Source: Candidatus Parcubacteria bacterium
GTDB lineage: Bacteria > Patescibacteriota > Minisyncoccia > UBA6257 > JAGOQP01
Reading direction: 5' to 3'
Assembly (NCBI GenBank): GCA_025999395.1
Contig: AP024682.1
Span: forward strand, 69,386 to 133,385
DNA length: 64,000 bases
Shown here: in pieces, positions 11,410 to 22,298 of the stretch
Position numbering within the stretch: the first letter of the stretch is position 1
Layout of the letters: each line of letters begins with the position of its first letter
Made by a program: the position numbers and the translations under genes
The notes under the pieces: generated by a model
Databases searched by the model: none
What the model was told of the DNA's origin: nothing
Seen by the model: the letters and a program-made list of their open reading frames with translations, nothing else

Positions 11410-12423
11410 ATGCCTAAAAACAAAAAAGAAGTCAGTCAAAATAAAGATTTAGAAAGCTTAATCGAGTCTCTTCAAAGCAAGTTTGGAGAAGGTTCGATTA
11501 TGAAGTTAGATGAAAAAAAATCAGCTCTTAAAGTAGAAGCTATTTCTACTGGCTCTTTTTCTTTGGATGCTGCTTTGGGGGTGGGAGGACTTCCTAAAGG
11601 AAGAATTGTTGAAATTTTTGGACCGGAAATGTCAGGAAAAACTACCTTAGCTTTATCAGTTATTGCTCAATCTCAAAAAAGAGGAGGAAAATGCGCTTTT
11701 ATTGATGCTGAACACGCTCTTGATCCTGAATACGCTAAGCGAATTGGAGTAAAAACTTCAGAACTTTTGATTTCTCAACCCGACAGCGGAGAGGAAGCTC
11801 TTCAGATTTTGGAAAATTTAGTTAATTCCGGATTAATTGAGGTAGTAGTTGTTGATTCGGTAGCCGCTCTTACTCCCCGAGCTGAATTAGAAGGAGAAAT
11901 TGGAGATCAACACATAGGGCTTCAGGCTCGATTAATGTCACAGGCTTTAAGAAAACTAACAGCTATTGCCGCCAAACACGGAACAATTATTATCTTCATC
12001 AACCAACTTCGCTCTCAAATTGGAACGGTGATGTGGGGAAATCCCGAAACTACTCCCGGCGGCAGAGCTCTTAAGTTTTACGCCTCAGTAAGAATCGATA
12101 TTCGCCGAGTGGCCCAAATTAAAAAAGGAGAAGAGATTATTGGTAATCGAGTTAAAGCTAAAATTGCTAAAAACAAAGTAGCTCCTCCCTTTAAGGTGGC
12201 TGAATTTGATATCCTTTACGGTCAAGGAATTTCTTATGCAGCTGATTTAATTAACACCGGATTAAAGTATGGAGTTATCACCAAAAGCGGCAACACTCTT
12301 TTCTTCAAAGAAGAAAAATTAGGAGTAGGCTTAGAAGCAGCTCGAAAACGATTAGAAGAAGACAAAAAGCTTTCCAAAGAAATAGAAAAAGAACTGCTTG
12401 AGGCAATGAAAGAGAAAGAATAA
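11410..12423 (+). CDS. recA: recombinase RecA
   Basis: 337 aa; Walker [10 protein letters not shown]; the rest reads as typical RecA. Confidence 0.97.
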   Translation: MPKNKKEVSQNKDLESLIESLQSKFGEGSIMKLDEKKSALKVEAISTGSFSLDAALGVGGLPKGRIVEIFGPEMSGKTTLALSVIAQSQKRGGKCAFIDAEHALDPEYAKRIGVKTSELLISQPDSGEEALQILENLVNSGLIEVVVVDSVAALTPRAELEGEIGDQHIGLQARLMSQALRKLTAIAAKHGTIIIFINQLRSQIGTVMWGNPETTPGGRALKFYASVRIDIRRVAQIKKGEEIIGNRVKAKIAKNKVAPPFKVAEFDILYGQGISYAADLINTGLKYGVITKSGNTLFFKEEKLGVGLEAARKRLEEDKKLSKEIEKELLEAMKEKE

Positions 12424-13386
12424 TTATTTTAACCTCTCTTGAAGATATTTTCTTACTTGGCTGTAATTTTCAAACCCCGCCGAAGGAACAAGAGCGGAAA
12501 TGTAAGTAGTAGTAGCTGATGATGGAAGAGGAATTTCTTGAGTTTTAAAAAGTTTAGTAGAAAAATCTAAAACTATACTTTCCAAAGACACTTTTTCTAT
12601 AAGAGAGGAATTAAAAAGATAGGGAGAAATCGAAGAAACATCCAGTTGAGCGTTAGCTAAAAAGGAGGGATTAAGAATAAATTTTTTAAAAAATTCTTCC
12701 TTTCGATTATTATCTAAAGAAAGAAATTTCTCAAAAGCGCTTTTAATAATTTTTTGTTGATTTTTTTCTCTAAAAAAATCTCCTTGAGGATTATAACGAT
12801 TGCGAATTAACCAAACCGCATCTTCTCCACTCAAGTGCTGAGGTCCAGCTTTCATTACAAAATTAGTTACCCAATCAACCGCTGGCTCATCTAAAACAAT
12901 CTCTACTCCTCCCAAAAAATCAATAATTTCCTGAACCATTTTTAAATCGATGATTAAATAGCCGTCCGGCTTAAGGCCGGTAATTTCCTTAATTTTTTCT
13001 AGGGCTTGGGGGAGTTTTTTCTTATGAATAATTTCATTAAGCTTATATTGCTCTTGATTATCAGCCACCCAAAGATCGCGCGGTAAAGAAATAAGAAAAA
13101 CTTTTTCTTTGTCGGGATTAAAATGAGCTAAAATCAGGGTATCAGCTAAATTTTCTCCCTGATAGCCGTTTCCCGGTCTTCCCAGAACTAAAATATTAAT
13201 TTCTGAAGGTTTAAAAAGATTTTTAAAAAAATCGGAAATACTTTCTAAACGCCCGGGAGATTCAGAAGAATTCTGATCTTCCCAAGAAAACTGACGAGCA
13301 GGTAGCCGGGAAATAAAAAGAAAGGCAATAATTAACAAAAAAGCTCCAGTCAAAAACCAAAAAATATGTTTTACCGCAGGCTTCAT
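12424..13386 (-). CDS. LytR-CpsA-Psr (LCP) family cell-envelope phosphotransferase
   Basis: 320 aa; N-terminal TM; LCP core region LILAHFNPDKEKVFLISLPRDLWV. Confidence 0.8.
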   Translation of the reverse strand: MKPAVKHIFWFLTGAFLLIIAFLFISRLPARQFSWEDQNSSESPGRLESISDFFKNLFKPSEINILVLGRPGNGYQGENLADTLILAHFNPDKEKVFLISLPRDLWVADNQEQYKLNEIIHKKKLPQALEKIKEITGLKPDGYLIIDLKMVQEIIDFLGGVEIVLDEPAVDWVTNFVMKAGPQHLSGEDAVWLIRNRYNPQGDFFREKNQQKIIKSAFEKFLSLDNNRKEEFFKKFILNPSFLANAQLDVSSISPYLFNSSLIEKVSLESIVLDFSTKLFKTQEIPLPSSATTTYISALVPSAGFENYSQVRKYLQERLK

Positions 13387-13401
13387 AATAGAAATGATAA
13401 C

Positions 13402-14241
13402 TTAATCGATTTTTATCTCATTAAGAAGATAAAAGTTTTTTAATAAGGAGGCAATTAAAATCGGACCCGTTCCTCCAGGAGTAGGAGTATAAAAAGAAAG
13501 ATAATCATCTCCTACTTCTTTGAGAGAAGCCAAATCAAAATCTCCTTCAATTTTTCCAGTTTCTTCATTAAAACTATAGCCAAAATCTATCACTCCAGCT
13601 CCTTTTTTTAACATCTTAGCTTTTACTAAATTCCCTTGGCCTGTTCCTAAAATAACCAAATCCACTTCTTTTAATAAAGAAGGCGAAAAACCTTTATCTA
13701 AAGAAAAAACTTCTGCTACTTTTCCCGAAAACCAACAGGAAAGGGGACGCCCCACTAAAAATCCCTGCCCTAAAATTGCCACTCTCTTAAATGAATTAAT
13801 TTCTAAAGAAAGAGATCGAAAAATTTCCAAAACCACCGCGACAGCCGGAGGCAAAATTGGGCAACGATTATGATAAAAAGCACCGATCATTCTTTCTGAC
13901 ATCACCTCGATATCTTTAGAGGGAGGAATGACATTGACTAAGTAAAAAGGATTAAGATGATTGGGTAAAGGAAGTTGAATCAAAACTCCGCCACAATTTT
14001 TGGCTTCCGCCACCTTCCTAATTCTTTTTCTAAACTCATCATTAGTAATTTCTTCGGAATACTGATAAAGTCGAAAATCTAATCCCAATTTTTGAGCTAC
14101 TTTTTTCTTTTCTTCAACAAATTTTTTCAAAGCTAAATTTTCTCCCACCAAAAAAGCCGCTAAAAATTTTGAGGGAGGAGAAAAGAGACTTAACTTATTT
14201 AAAATTTCCTGAGCAATTTTTTTACCTTCTACTTTAATCAT
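13402..14241 (-). CDS. folD: bifunctional methylenetetrahydrofolate dehydrogenase/cyclohydrolase FolD
   Basis: 279 aa; NAD(P)-binding ILGxGxxVGRP region; overlaps the glyA stop (operon). Confidence 0.8.
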   Translation of the reverse strand: MIKVEGKKIAQEILNKLSLFSPPSKFLAAFLVGENLALKKFVEEKKKVAQKLGLDFRLYQYSEEITNDEFRKRIRKVAEAKNCGGVLIQLPLPNHLNPFYLVNVIPPSKDIEVMSERMIGAFYHNRCPILPPAVAVVLEIFRSLSLEINSFKRVAILGQGFLVGRPLSCWFSGKVAEVFSLDKGFSPSLLKEVDLVILGTGQGNLVKAKMLKKGAGVIDFGYSFNEETGKIEGDFDLASLKEVGDDYLSFYTPTPGGTGPILIASLLKNFYLLNEIKID

Positions 14242-15442
14242 GTTTTCTCTTCAAAACTAAAATCCTATAAATTTGCTGGGCGATTTTTTTCATCTCTTTT
14301 TCCTTCAACCCTTTGGCGGTGACCCAATAGGTTCCCAAGCGAATAGCGGATGGCCGAAGAGGAGAGGTGTCTTTTGCGATAAGGTTGCGGTTAACTAAAA
14401 TATTTTCTTTTTCTAACATTTTCTCTGCTTCCAAGCCATCTAACCCAATTTTTCTAACATCCACTAAAAATAAATGACTTTCAGTTCCTCCGCCTACTAT
14501 TTCAAAACCCAATTTTTTCATCTCCTCACAAAGAGTCAAAGAATTTTTTAGCACTTGCCTAAAATATTTTTTGTTTTTCTTTGTCAAAAAAAGACCGGCC
14601 GCTATCGCGGCAATCGTGTTCTGATGAGGACCTCCTTGAAGACCGGGAAAAACCGCTTTGTCAATTGCTTTTACCAAATCTAATCCGTTTTTTTGAGCCA
14701 CTAAAGATTTTTTAGAAACATATAAAAGAGCAGCCCTTGGCCCAAACAATGATTTGTGAGTAGTGGTCATTACTACATCAGAAAAACCAAAAGGTGAGGG
14801 ATAAAGCCCGGCTGAAATTAATCCAGCATAATGAGAAATATCAGCTAAATGATAAGCGCCTACTTTTTTTGCAATTAAACCAAATTTTTTGAAATTAATT
14901 TTTTTAGGATAAGCCGAGGCTCCAGAAATAATGATTTGGGGTTTATATTTTTGAGCTAATTTTTCTACTTCTTTATAATCAATCTCGTAGTTTTGATTAA
15001 CACCATAATGAACTATTTTAAAAAGTTTTCCCGAAAAACTTACTTTTGATCCGTGAGAAAGATGACCACCAGAAGCCAGATCCATACTTAAGATAGTATC
15101 ACCGGGCTTTAAAAGCGCTAAAAAAACAGCTAAATTAGCGATCGCCCCTGAATAAGGTTGAACATTTACGCTCCAATCTGAAGGTTTAAGGTTAAAAATC
15201 GAAAGCGCTCTTTTCTGAGTTAACTCCTCTATTTTGTCATAGTAAAAATTACCTGGATAATACCTTTTAGAAGGATAGCCCTCAGAATACTTGTTAGTCA
15301 GAGGTGAACCTAAAAATTTTAAAACTTCCCGGGGAGCAATATTTTCCGAGGCAACTAAATTAATAACTCTTCTTTGTCGGGCTACTTCGCCTTTTAAAAA
15401 TTTAATTAGAACTTTATCTTTTCCCCTTAAAAAGTTAAACAT
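14234..15442 (-). CDS. glyA: serine hydroxymethyltransferase
   Basis: 402 aa; PLP-lysine motif TTTHKSLFGPR. Confidence 0.92.
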   Translation of the reverse strand: MFNFLRGKDKVLIKFLKGEVARQRRVINLVASENIAPREVLKFLGSPLTNKYSEGYPSKRYYPGNFYYDKIEELTQKRALSIFNLKPSDWSVNVQPYSGAIANLAVFLALLKPGDTILSMDLASGGHLSHGSKVSFSGKLFKIVHYGVNQNYEIDYKEVEKLAQKYKPQIIISGASAYPKKINFKKFGLIAKKVGAYHLADISHYAGLISAGLYPSPFGFSDVVMTTTHKSLFGPRAALLYVSKKSLVAQKNGLDLVKAIDKAVFPGLQGGPHQNTIAAIAAGLFLTKKNKKYFRQVLKNSLTLCEEMKKLGFEIVGGGTESHLFLVDVRKIGLDGLEAEKMLEKENILVNRNLIAKDTSPLRPSAIRLGTYWVTAKGLKEKEMKKIAQQIYRILVLKRKHD

Positions 15443-15496
15443 TAACTAATCATAAATCAAAATTTAGAATAATGTCCAGCAAAAAATTCCTTTCTG

Positions 15497-15528
15497 AAAA
15501 TAAAAACCGCCCCAAAGGGGCGGCAAAA
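15497..15528 (-). terminator. rho-independent terminator downstream of the 753-aa secreted-protein gene
   Basis: On the minus strand the hairpin GCCGCCCC-UUU-GGGGCGG is followed by a U-run. It lies ~120 nt past the stop of the gene at 15650. Confidence 0.7.
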
Positions 15529-15649
15529 ACAGGAGAAACGAATCTAAGGTCGGCTGTCGCCTTAGGTCCGTTATACTGCTCACTCAAGTAAAAATATTAT
15601 ACTCTAAAAAAATAAGAAAATCAAGAGGAAGAAGAGAGCTGCTTTTATT

Positions 15650-17911
15650 CTATCTATTCAAGATTCTTCTTAAGTTGTTAAGAATACTTCTGATAGAATA
15701 GAGAGTTCCTTGAATAGGAGAGAGAGCTCCCATTGATGGGGTAGCAGAAGCAGTGGTAAGAATCGTTGTAGTACTCTGAGGACTAAAGTCTGAGGGGAGA
15801 GGACGAGGTTGAGTTAAGGTAAGCTTAACCACATCAATTGAGGCGGGATGAATCTGAAAGATAGCAAAGGTTTTATTATCTACTTGCTGAAGGTGGGCAT
15901 CTAAGGTGTTTAGACCATAACTTTGATCACCAGCGGCGGTGACAGTTTTCTTTAATGAGTCTTTAAATTTCATAAATTCATTGGAGGTATCAGGAATAAC
16001 CTTAAGATTGTTACCTACCATTACAGAAGCTACGACCGGAGTGGTGAAACCTATTCCATATGTACTACTATGAGATTTGGTAAGATCCTTGAGCAACAAG
16101 ACTCCATTAAACGCATGAGATCCAGAAAAAGGAAGTAGGGTTATATAACTACCCAAACCATAAAAAGCTTTATCAAAGGTTTTCTGACCATAAAATTCCC
16201 TACTATCACCGCAGGTAATCCGATGATAACTTCCGGAATTAGCGCCAGCTGTTCTTCCTCCTTCTGTTTCACATAAAGTAAACCGAGAAAGATAATCAAA
16301 CTCTCCTTGTTGATTGACTTTTCTAATAATCACGCCATTACGATAACGCCACGGACCTTTTATTTTTTTAAAGAAAATGTCTGCCGCTCTAACCCCCCCA
16401 CCCGAAAGTAAAAATTCAGCATTCTGAAAATCATACATATGGGGAAAGATGTCATAAACATAACCCGTTGCTTTATCAACTTCTATTATTCCCGCATCAG
16501 CATAAATCTTTATTTTTTCTGCTTCTGAAGCGTCAGGGAAATGAGTTTGATTATTCAAGCCGCTTAGCATATCCATCCCAAGAAATTGAGGCGAGGTAGG
16601 GTTACTAAAATCAAAGACAGAAACCCAAGCTCTTTCTACCACATGAAGACGAGCAACAACGTCGTCAGTGGGAACTACCAAATAAAGTTTATTTCCAATT
16701 CTTACTGACTGAGAGGCAGACCACCTAAAAGACTTCCACTCATTATAAGCCACCTCAGAGCCGCATTTATTATTTAAATGAGGCATTTGATCGATTTCAG
16801 CAATTTTAGATGGTTTTGGATTATTAGCATCAAATCTTAACACTGCTATAGGAGCACAGCCAGGATAATATTGCTTTTCTTCATCTGGAGTTAAAGCTAA
16901 TCCGTAGACTTTTCCATCAAGGCCACTAAAAAACGTCATCAACCAGTAGCCAGTTTTATTCGAATCGCCAGCTTGAACGGCAAATTCTTCAATATTTCCT
17001 ATGCTCCAATCAGAGTTAACTTTAAAGAAATAAACGCTGCGCCTACTTTCTCCAGGGCGATATCCAACCCAATAAATGAAAGGAAGGTTATCAATTGTTA
17101 TGAATGAAGAAAGATTTGTTATACCAGAAAATATAGCTAAATATTTATTATCTTTACCTAATTCATTTTCTTTAAGAAGAGCTGGTGAGAAAGGATTAGA
17201 AATATCATAGAAAGAAACAAAGAAAGACCACTCTCCGTCTCCCTGATAACGAGCGTTGGTTATTTTAAATCTCTTATCCTGAATAACCAACAATTTCTTC
17301 CCGTAAAGACTCAAGAATCCAGTGTAGTTAATAGAAGAGTGATCTCCTTTATCACTTATATCCACCACATTTTTAACAAACTGATAGGAACCTAAAGATG
17401 AATCAACTTCTACCATTGGTGGAGCACCGGAGGGTTTTTCTGATGAAGGAATAAGCCCTTCATAGTTACGAGGATCGCTTTTCTTATAAGCTTGAAAGGT
17501 ACAGACTACTGTTTGGCCTGCTTGAATTTCAAAATCAGGGCAATTAGCTTCCTTAAAGGATCCAGAATCATAACCAGAAGGAAGAGAAACCTTTGAAGAA
17601 AGTCTATATTTTCCCGGAGATAAAGAAATTGGGCTTCCAACATCACCAGTCGCGACTTTTTTGCCGTTGTCATAAGCGCTGGTAGGTTGAGTCCAGACTT
17701 CTACTTTACCTGCCCCATTACTAGCTGGAAGGGTTTCATCTTCAACAAAGGTTGAACCCTGCCAATGACCTAATTTAACATAATGAATGAAAGTACCTCC
17801 CCCTGTTTGAGCTTTAACTGGTAAAGAAAGAAAGGGAAAGAAAAGAAGAGAAAATAAAAGAAGAAGATTAAGAGATTTTTTCATAAGAAAGATAAATTTT
17901 AATAAAATCAA
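15650..17911 (-). CDS. large secreted hypothetical protein (signal peptide; possible beta-propeller-type repeats)
   Basis: 753 aa; cleavable-looking N-terminal signal peptide; several LVIVD-like strands (LLVIQD, LYLVVPTDD); Ser/Thr-rich tail; no recognisable catalytic motif. Confidence 0.5.
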   Translation of the reverse strand: MILLKFIFLMKKSLNLLLLFSLLFFPFLSLPVKAQTGGGTFIHYVKLGHWQGSTFVEDETLPASNGAGKVEVWTQPTSAYDNGKKVATGDVGSPISLSPGKYRLSSKVSLPSGYDSGSFKEANCPDFEIQAGQTVVCTFQAYKKSDPRNYEGLIPSSEKPSGAPPMVEVDSSLGSYQFVKNVVDISDKGDHSSINYTGFLSLYGKKLLVIQDKRFKITNARYQGDGEWSFFVSFYDISNPFSPALLKENELGKDNKYLAIFSGITNLSSFITIDNLPFIYWVGYRPGESRRSVYFFKVNSDWSIGNIEEFAVQAGDSNKTGYWLMTFFSGLDGKVYGLALTPDEEKQYYPGCAPIAVLRFDANNPKPSKIAEIDQMPHLNNKCGSEVAYNEWKSFRWSASQSVRIGNKLYLVVPTDDVVARLHVVERAWVSVFDFSNPTSPQFLGMDMLSGLNNQTHFPDASEAEKIKIYADAGIIEVDKATGYVYDIFPHMYDFQNAEFLLSGGGVRAADIFFKKIKGPWRYRNGVIIRKVNQQGEFDYLSRFTLCETEGGRTAGANSGSYHRITCGDSREFYGQKTFDKAFYGLGSYITLLPFSGSHAFNGVLLLKDLTKSHSSTYGIGFTTPVVASVMVGNNLKVIPDTSNEFMKFKDSLKKTVTAAGDQSYGLNTLDAHLQQVDNKTFAIFQIHPASIDVVKLTLTQPRPLPSDFSPQSTTTILTTASATPSMGALSPIQGTLYSIRSILNNLRRILNR

Positions 17912-18054
17912 GATTTTTTTAAAAAGACCTTTTTAATTCTTTAATTAGGATTATAAAGGATTTTTTTAAGAAAGAGAAGAAATGTAAATTTTAGACAAGA
18001 GAAATTTCGAGAAAAAGCTTTAAGCACCCAAAAAATTTGAAGCAATCTTAAATC

Positions 18055-18084
18055 AAAAAACATCCCAAAAAAGGATGTTTTTTG
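18055..18084 (-). terminator. rho-independent terminator ending the copper operon
   Basis: The hairpin AACATCC-loop-GGATGTT is flanked by an A-run and a T-run (bidirectional appearance). It lies ~35 nt past the stop of the Met-rich gene. Confidence 0.7.
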
Positions 18085-18117
18085 AGGGTAAACTCAGTAA
18101 CCTCTTGTTAGCAATCC

Positions 18118-18609
18118 CTACGACTTAAGAGATTTGATTAGTTTAACAATTAAAATCACTAACAACACAAAAACTCCCAAAGGAATGCCGACAAATAAAA
18201 TCACTGCTAAAATCATCAAAAATCCCATCACCCATCCCCAGAAAGAACCAGACCAACTACCCATCATTCCTCCAACTGTTTTTCCATCGCCAATTTCACC
18301 ACAACTTGAAGACCAACCAGTCCCCATCATTGGCATCATTAAATAACCCTTATTTGATTGAAAAGATTTTCCCATAAACTCCTGTATTTTTTGGAAAAAA
18401 TCCTCTCCCATCATTTCTACCATCTCTTTTTTATAATTTTCGTAATTCTGCCCCATCATTTTCTTCATCCACACCTCCCCTACCGAACGCGGATCGCTAT
18501 TTCCTAAATCCCAGTCGCCATCCATCATATGAGCAGAAACAACTAATGGTAAAAGGAATCCGCCACTAATTATTCCCGCCACAATTAAAAGAAAAAGATT
18601 TTTTTTCAT
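18118..18609 (-). CDS. methionine-rich secreted/membrane-anchored protein (candidate Cu(I)-binding)
   Basis: 163 aa; signal peptide; mature region dense in MM, MxM and MxxM clusters (HMMDGDW, KKMMGQ, EMVEMMGE, YLMMPMMG, GGMMGS); C-terminal TM; last gene of the CopA operon. Confidence 0.6.
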   Translation of the reverse strand: MKKNLFLLIVAGIISGGFLLPLVVSAHMMDGDWDLGNSDPRSVGEVWMKKMMGQNYENYKKEMVEMMGEDFFQKIQEFMGKSFQSNKGYLMMPMMGTGWSSSCGEIGDGKTVGGMMGSWSGSFWGWVMGFLMILAVILFVGIPLGVFVLLVILIVKLIKSLKS

Positions 18610-18685
18610 ATTTTTAATATTTTAATTCTAATAAATTTTTAATAATAATTTAACGACAAAGTTTATTAAGGCTAATCTTCTTGAT

Positions 18686-20998
18686 TCATTTTTCAGAAAA
18701 TTTCAATCGTTTCAATCTAAGCGAGTTTAACACAACCGAAAGAGAAGAAAAAGCCATCGCTACCCCAGCCAAAATCGGATTCAAAAGTGGTCCGCCAAAA
18801 GGATAAAGAATACCGCTTGCTACTGGGATAAGAAGCAAATTATAAATGTAAGCCCAAAACAAATTTTGTTTTATGTTAGATAAAGTTTTTCTGGATAAAA
18901 TAATTGCCTTATAAATTCCTAAAGGATCTCCTGAAACTAAAGTAATTTGAGCTGATTCAATAGCAATATCGGTTCCTGTTCCAATAGCAATTCCTACATC
19001 AGCTTGGGTAAGAGCGGGAGCGTCATTAATTCCGTCTCCTACCATCGCCACTGTTTTTCCTTTTTCTTGAAACTCTTTAACTTTTTCAGATTTTTGTTGA
19101 GGCAAAACTGAAGCTAACACATTTTCTCTTTCTATGCCTACTTTTTGAGCGATAGCTTGAGCGGTCTGAGGACTGTCTCCAGTTATCATCCATACCTTTA
19201 TTCCTAATTTTTTTAACCTCTCAACGGTTTGAGCAGCGCTTTCTTTGAGAGTATCAGCAATTCCAATAATTCCCAACACTTGTTTTTCATCAGATAAAAT
19301 TAAAGCAGTTTTTCCCTGTTGACTAAGTTTTTCAATTTCTGATCGAAAGTGACTATTAAGAGAAACACCATTTTCTTCAATAAAGCTGCTATTTCCCAAA
19401 AGATATCTCTTGCCTTCTATATAACCTGCTAATCCTTTTCCGGTTGTTTGTTTAAAGTTATTAACCTCCAAAAGAGAAAGATTTTCTTTCTTAGCCTCTT
19501 CAACTATTGCTTTATCCAAAGGATGATTAGTGTTGACTCCCAAGCTAGCAGCAATCTGTAAAACTTTTTCTTTCGTCAAGGAGTGATTATCAGCACTGAG
19601 TTGAATTTCTGTGACAGCTGGCTGACCTTTAGTAATAGTGCCGGTTTTATCTAAAATCATTATCTCAACTCTTCCTGCTATTTCTAAAGCTTGAGCATTT
19701 CTGATAATAATTCCATTTTCTGCACCCTTACCAGTTCCAGTAATAACCGCAATCGGCGTCGCCAACCCTAAAGCACAGGGGCAAGCAACGATTAAAACCG
19801 CTACCGCATTAATTAAAGCATAGGATAATCTTGGCTCTGGACCAGTTAAAAACCAAATCCCAAAGGTAATTGCCGAAATTACCAAAACCAAGGGAACAAA
19901 AATGTTAGTAATTTTATCAGCTAATTTTTGGATAGGAGCTTTAGAGGCTTGAGCTTCTTGAACAATTTTTACGATTTGAGCCAAAAATGTTTCTTTGCCA
20001 ACTTTCTCGGCTCTCATTTTAAAGACGCCGCTTTTATTTATCGTGGCTCCAATAACTTTATCGCCCGCCTTTTTATCAACCGGGAGTGATTCACCGGTTA
20101 CCATTGATTCATCTAAAGAAGCTTGACCCTCAATAATCACTCCATCAACCGGAACCTTTTCTCCTTGTTTGACTAGCAAATAATCACCAACCTTAACTTG
20201 GTTTACATCAATGTCATGAATTTCTCCTTTTTCATCAAGACGATGAGCAATTTTTGCCTGAAGTTTCAAAAGTTTTTTAAGCGCCTCTGAGGCTGATCCT
20301 TTAGCTTTAGCTTCCAAATATTTTCCCAAGATAATAAAGGTAGTAACCACTACCGCCACATCAAAGTAAGGCTCTAGACGAGCTATAAGCGAACTACTAA
20401 ACTCAGAAATAAGATTAGCCAAAACCACTACCGTCGAAAAAAAATAAGCAGCTCCAGTACCTAAAGCTACTAGACTATCCATCCCCGGCCTTAGATTTTT
20501 CAATTCATAATACATCCCTCGCCAAAATTGCCGACCCACCCAAAATTCAACCGGCGTTGAAATTACCAAAAGAATTAGTAAAGAAAGTTTTTCAGGAATA
20601 AATTCATTCAACTTCCCTCCAAAGCTTAAAAATAGAACTATCAGCGAAGCAAAAACACCAAATGTTAATTTAATTTTCAAAACTTTCAACTCAGCCTCGT
20701 CTTCCATTTTGGCATGATCGTGTTCCTTAAGGGATTGATTAGGATGATCGGTGTGATGATTGCTGTGATCATGATGATGATAACTGATGTTTTCGCTAAC
20801 CACCTCATAACCCACCCTTTCAACGGCTTCAATTATTTTCTGATCATCTATTTCTTCACCGCATTCAACAAAAAGTTGATCTGAGGCAAAGTTAACCGAA
20901 GCACTCTTGACTCCCTCTAATTTTCTTACTGATTTTTCTATACTGGCAGCGCAGGAGGCGCAATCCATCCCCTTTATTTTAAAAATTTTCTTTATCAT
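18686..20998 (-). CDS. copA: copper-translocating P1B-type ATPase CopA
   Basis: 770 aa; N-terminal HMA domain with [13 protein letters not shown]; His-rich linker [12 protein letters not shown]; CPC in TM6; DKTGT phosphorylation site; GDGxND. Confidence 0.93.
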   Translation of the reverse strand: MIKKIFKIKGMDCASCAASIEKSVRKLEGVKSASVNFASDQLFVECGEEIDDQKIIEAVERVGYEVVSENISYHHHDHSNHHTDHPNQSLKEHDHAKMEDEAELKVLKIKLTFGVFASLIVLFLSFGGKLNEFIPEKLSLLILLVISTPVEFWVGRQFWRGMYYELKNLRPGMDSLVALGTGAAYFFSTVVVLANLISEFSSSLIARLEPYFDVAVVVTTFIILGKYLEAKAKGSASEALKKLLKLQAKIAHRLDEKGEIHDIDVNQVKVGDYLLVKQGEKVPVDGVIIEGQASLDESMVTGESLPVDKKAGDKVIGATINKSGVFKMRAEKVGKETFLAQIVKIVQEAQASKAPIQKLADKITNIFVPLVLVISAITFGIWFLTGPEPRLSYALINAVAVLIVACPCALGLATPIAVITGTGKGAENGIIIRNAQALEIAGRVEIMILDKTGTITKGQPAVTEIQLSADNHSLTKEKVLQIAASLGVNTNHPLDKAIVEEAKKENLSLLEVNNFKQTTGKGLAGYIEGKRYLLGNSSFIEENGVSLNSHFRSEIEKLSQQGKTALILSDEKQVLGIIGIADTLKESAAQTVERLKKLGIKVWMITGDSPQTAQAIAQKVGIERENVLASVLPQQKSEKVKEFQEKGKTVAMVGDGINDAPALTQADVGIAIGTGTDIAIESAQITLVSGDPLGIYKAIILSRKTLSNIKQNLFWAYIYNLLLIPVASGILYPFGGPLLNPILAGVAMAFSSLSVVLNSLRLKRLKFSEK

Positions 20999-21017
20999 AA
21001 ACCCTTCTTAACTATTT

Positions 21018-21302
21018 TTATTCATTATTTTTGCCACAAAATTTATTATGAAGCCAAGCAATTAACCAAGCAATAACATAAGTATAAACCAAAACCTCAA
21101 ACAAGCCGATAACAAATCCTTCTCCAGTAACCCGAGTAGTGACATTTAAATTAACTAAGTGCACAAGATAGCCAAAAAGCTTTAATCCTAAAGAAGGCCA
21201 GAGAGCAACGAAGACGGCGCAAAGAGTATAAATTCCTCCCATCACCAAAGCGGCTGCTTTGGCAAACCCACTTTTATGAATTTGACAAAAATGATTTTCC
21301 AT
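21018..21302 (-). CDS. small integral membrane protein, hypothetical
   Basis: 94 aa; three predicted TM helices; two Cys near the termini; embedded in the copper operon. Confidence 0.4.
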   Translation of the reverse strand: MENHFCQIHKSGFAKAAALVMGGIYTLCAVFVALWPSLGLKLFGYLVHLVNLNVTTRVTGEGFVIGLFEVLVYTYVIAWLIAWLHNKFCGKNNE

Positions 21303-21346
21303 AATTTTGTTTTTAATATTTTAATATTTTATCCGACCTTTTTAGG

Positions 21347-22291
21347 TTACTTTTCAATTGTGTGGTTTTGGTGATGATGACAACAAGATTTATCCTCTCT
21401 CTTATCATTAGAAAAATCGCCAGCTTCATCTTTCCTTCTTAAAGCATTTGCAATGATAATACCAGTTCCCACAACTATTAGGGTTAAAATAAGCCACCCG
21501 CCGCCGGGGAAAACAGATAAAAATTGCTCTAGAGATTTGGTTATTTTGGCTAAATAAAGATTGATTGTCATCTGATAGCTACCTCCCCCCATTGCCAACT
21601 GATTAGTCCAATTAAGATAGAGAATTAAAATTCCTATAAAGAAATACATTAATCCCGCAATGAGCTCTGAAACCGTTAAACTAATTTCTTTACCCAAAAA
21701 AGAGTAGTTAAGTTTTTTCTTAAAAGGCAAAAATTTGGCTGTGAAATTTGTTTTATCAAGAAAATAAGCGATGATAAACAAAGGAACCACCATCCCTAAG
21801 GCGTAAACCAAAGAATAAATTCCTCCCCACAATAATGATCCGGGCAAAACCGAAAGCGCCATCACTCCTGCTAAAACCGGTGCGCAACATAAAGTAGCAA
21901 AACCCGAAAAAATTCCCAAAACAAAAATTGATCCCGCTCCCTCAACTTTCACCTCTTTCATTCTAGATTTTACCGAAAATGGCAAAGAAAGATGTTTGCC
22001 GATAAGCAAAAAAATTCCCAAAATTATCAAGAAAATCCCTCCAGCCGTGTACAACTGGCTGTGGTATTTTTGGAAAAACTGTCCAATAGCCGCTAGCCCC
22101 AAACCCAAAGGAAGAAAAACAGTCAAAATTCCTAAAAAGAAAATTGCCGTCATTAAAATAACCGTTCGTTTTTGTTTAAAAATAGAGGCCAAATAAGTCG
22201 GCAAAAGCACCGAAACACAACAAGGAGCAAAAAGAGCAGCGACGCCAGCAATAAAAGCAGTAATAAGAGAGGTGGTAATTAAAATATCCAT
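21347..22291 (-). CDS. CcdA/DsbD_2-family transmembrane thiol-disulfide (or metal-transfer) protein with Cys/His-rich tail
   Basis: 314 aa polytopic membrane protein; Cys pairs in TM helices (APCCVSV, ATLCCAPV) as in CcdA/DsbD_2; C-terminal CCHHHQNH. Confidence 0.7.
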   Translation of the reverse strand: MDILITTSLITAFIAGVAALFAPCCVSVLLPTYLASIFKQKRTVILMTAIFFLGILTVFLPLGLGLAAIGQFFQKYHSQLYTAGGIFLIILGIFLLIGKHLSLPFSVKSRMKEVKVEGAGSIFVLGIFSGFATLCCAPVLAGVMALSVLPGSLLWGGIYSLVYALGMVVPLFIIAYFLDKTNFTAKFLPFKKKLNYSFLGKEISLTVSELIAGLMYFFIGILILYLNWTNQLAMGGGSYQMTINLYLAKITKSLEQFLSVFPGGGWLILTLIVVGTGIIIANALRRKDEAGDFSNDKREDKSCCHHHQNHTIEK

Positions 22292-22298
22292 ATTAGGT

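Noticed and set aside
15443-15650. Possible ZTP (pfl) or other riboswitch in the ~200-nt region upstream of glyA-folD
   Set aside because: ZTP riboswitches commonly control glyA and folD, and the region has a CUAAGG...CCUUAG hairpin plus a terminator stem. However, I could not match the conserved ZTP segments (UGACUGGCG ... CCGNCCGCCUGGGC) by eye. The GC hairpin is best explained as the terminator of the upstream convergently oriented gene 15650..17911, with a weak glyA promoter between it and the ATG. An Rfam cmsearch would settle this
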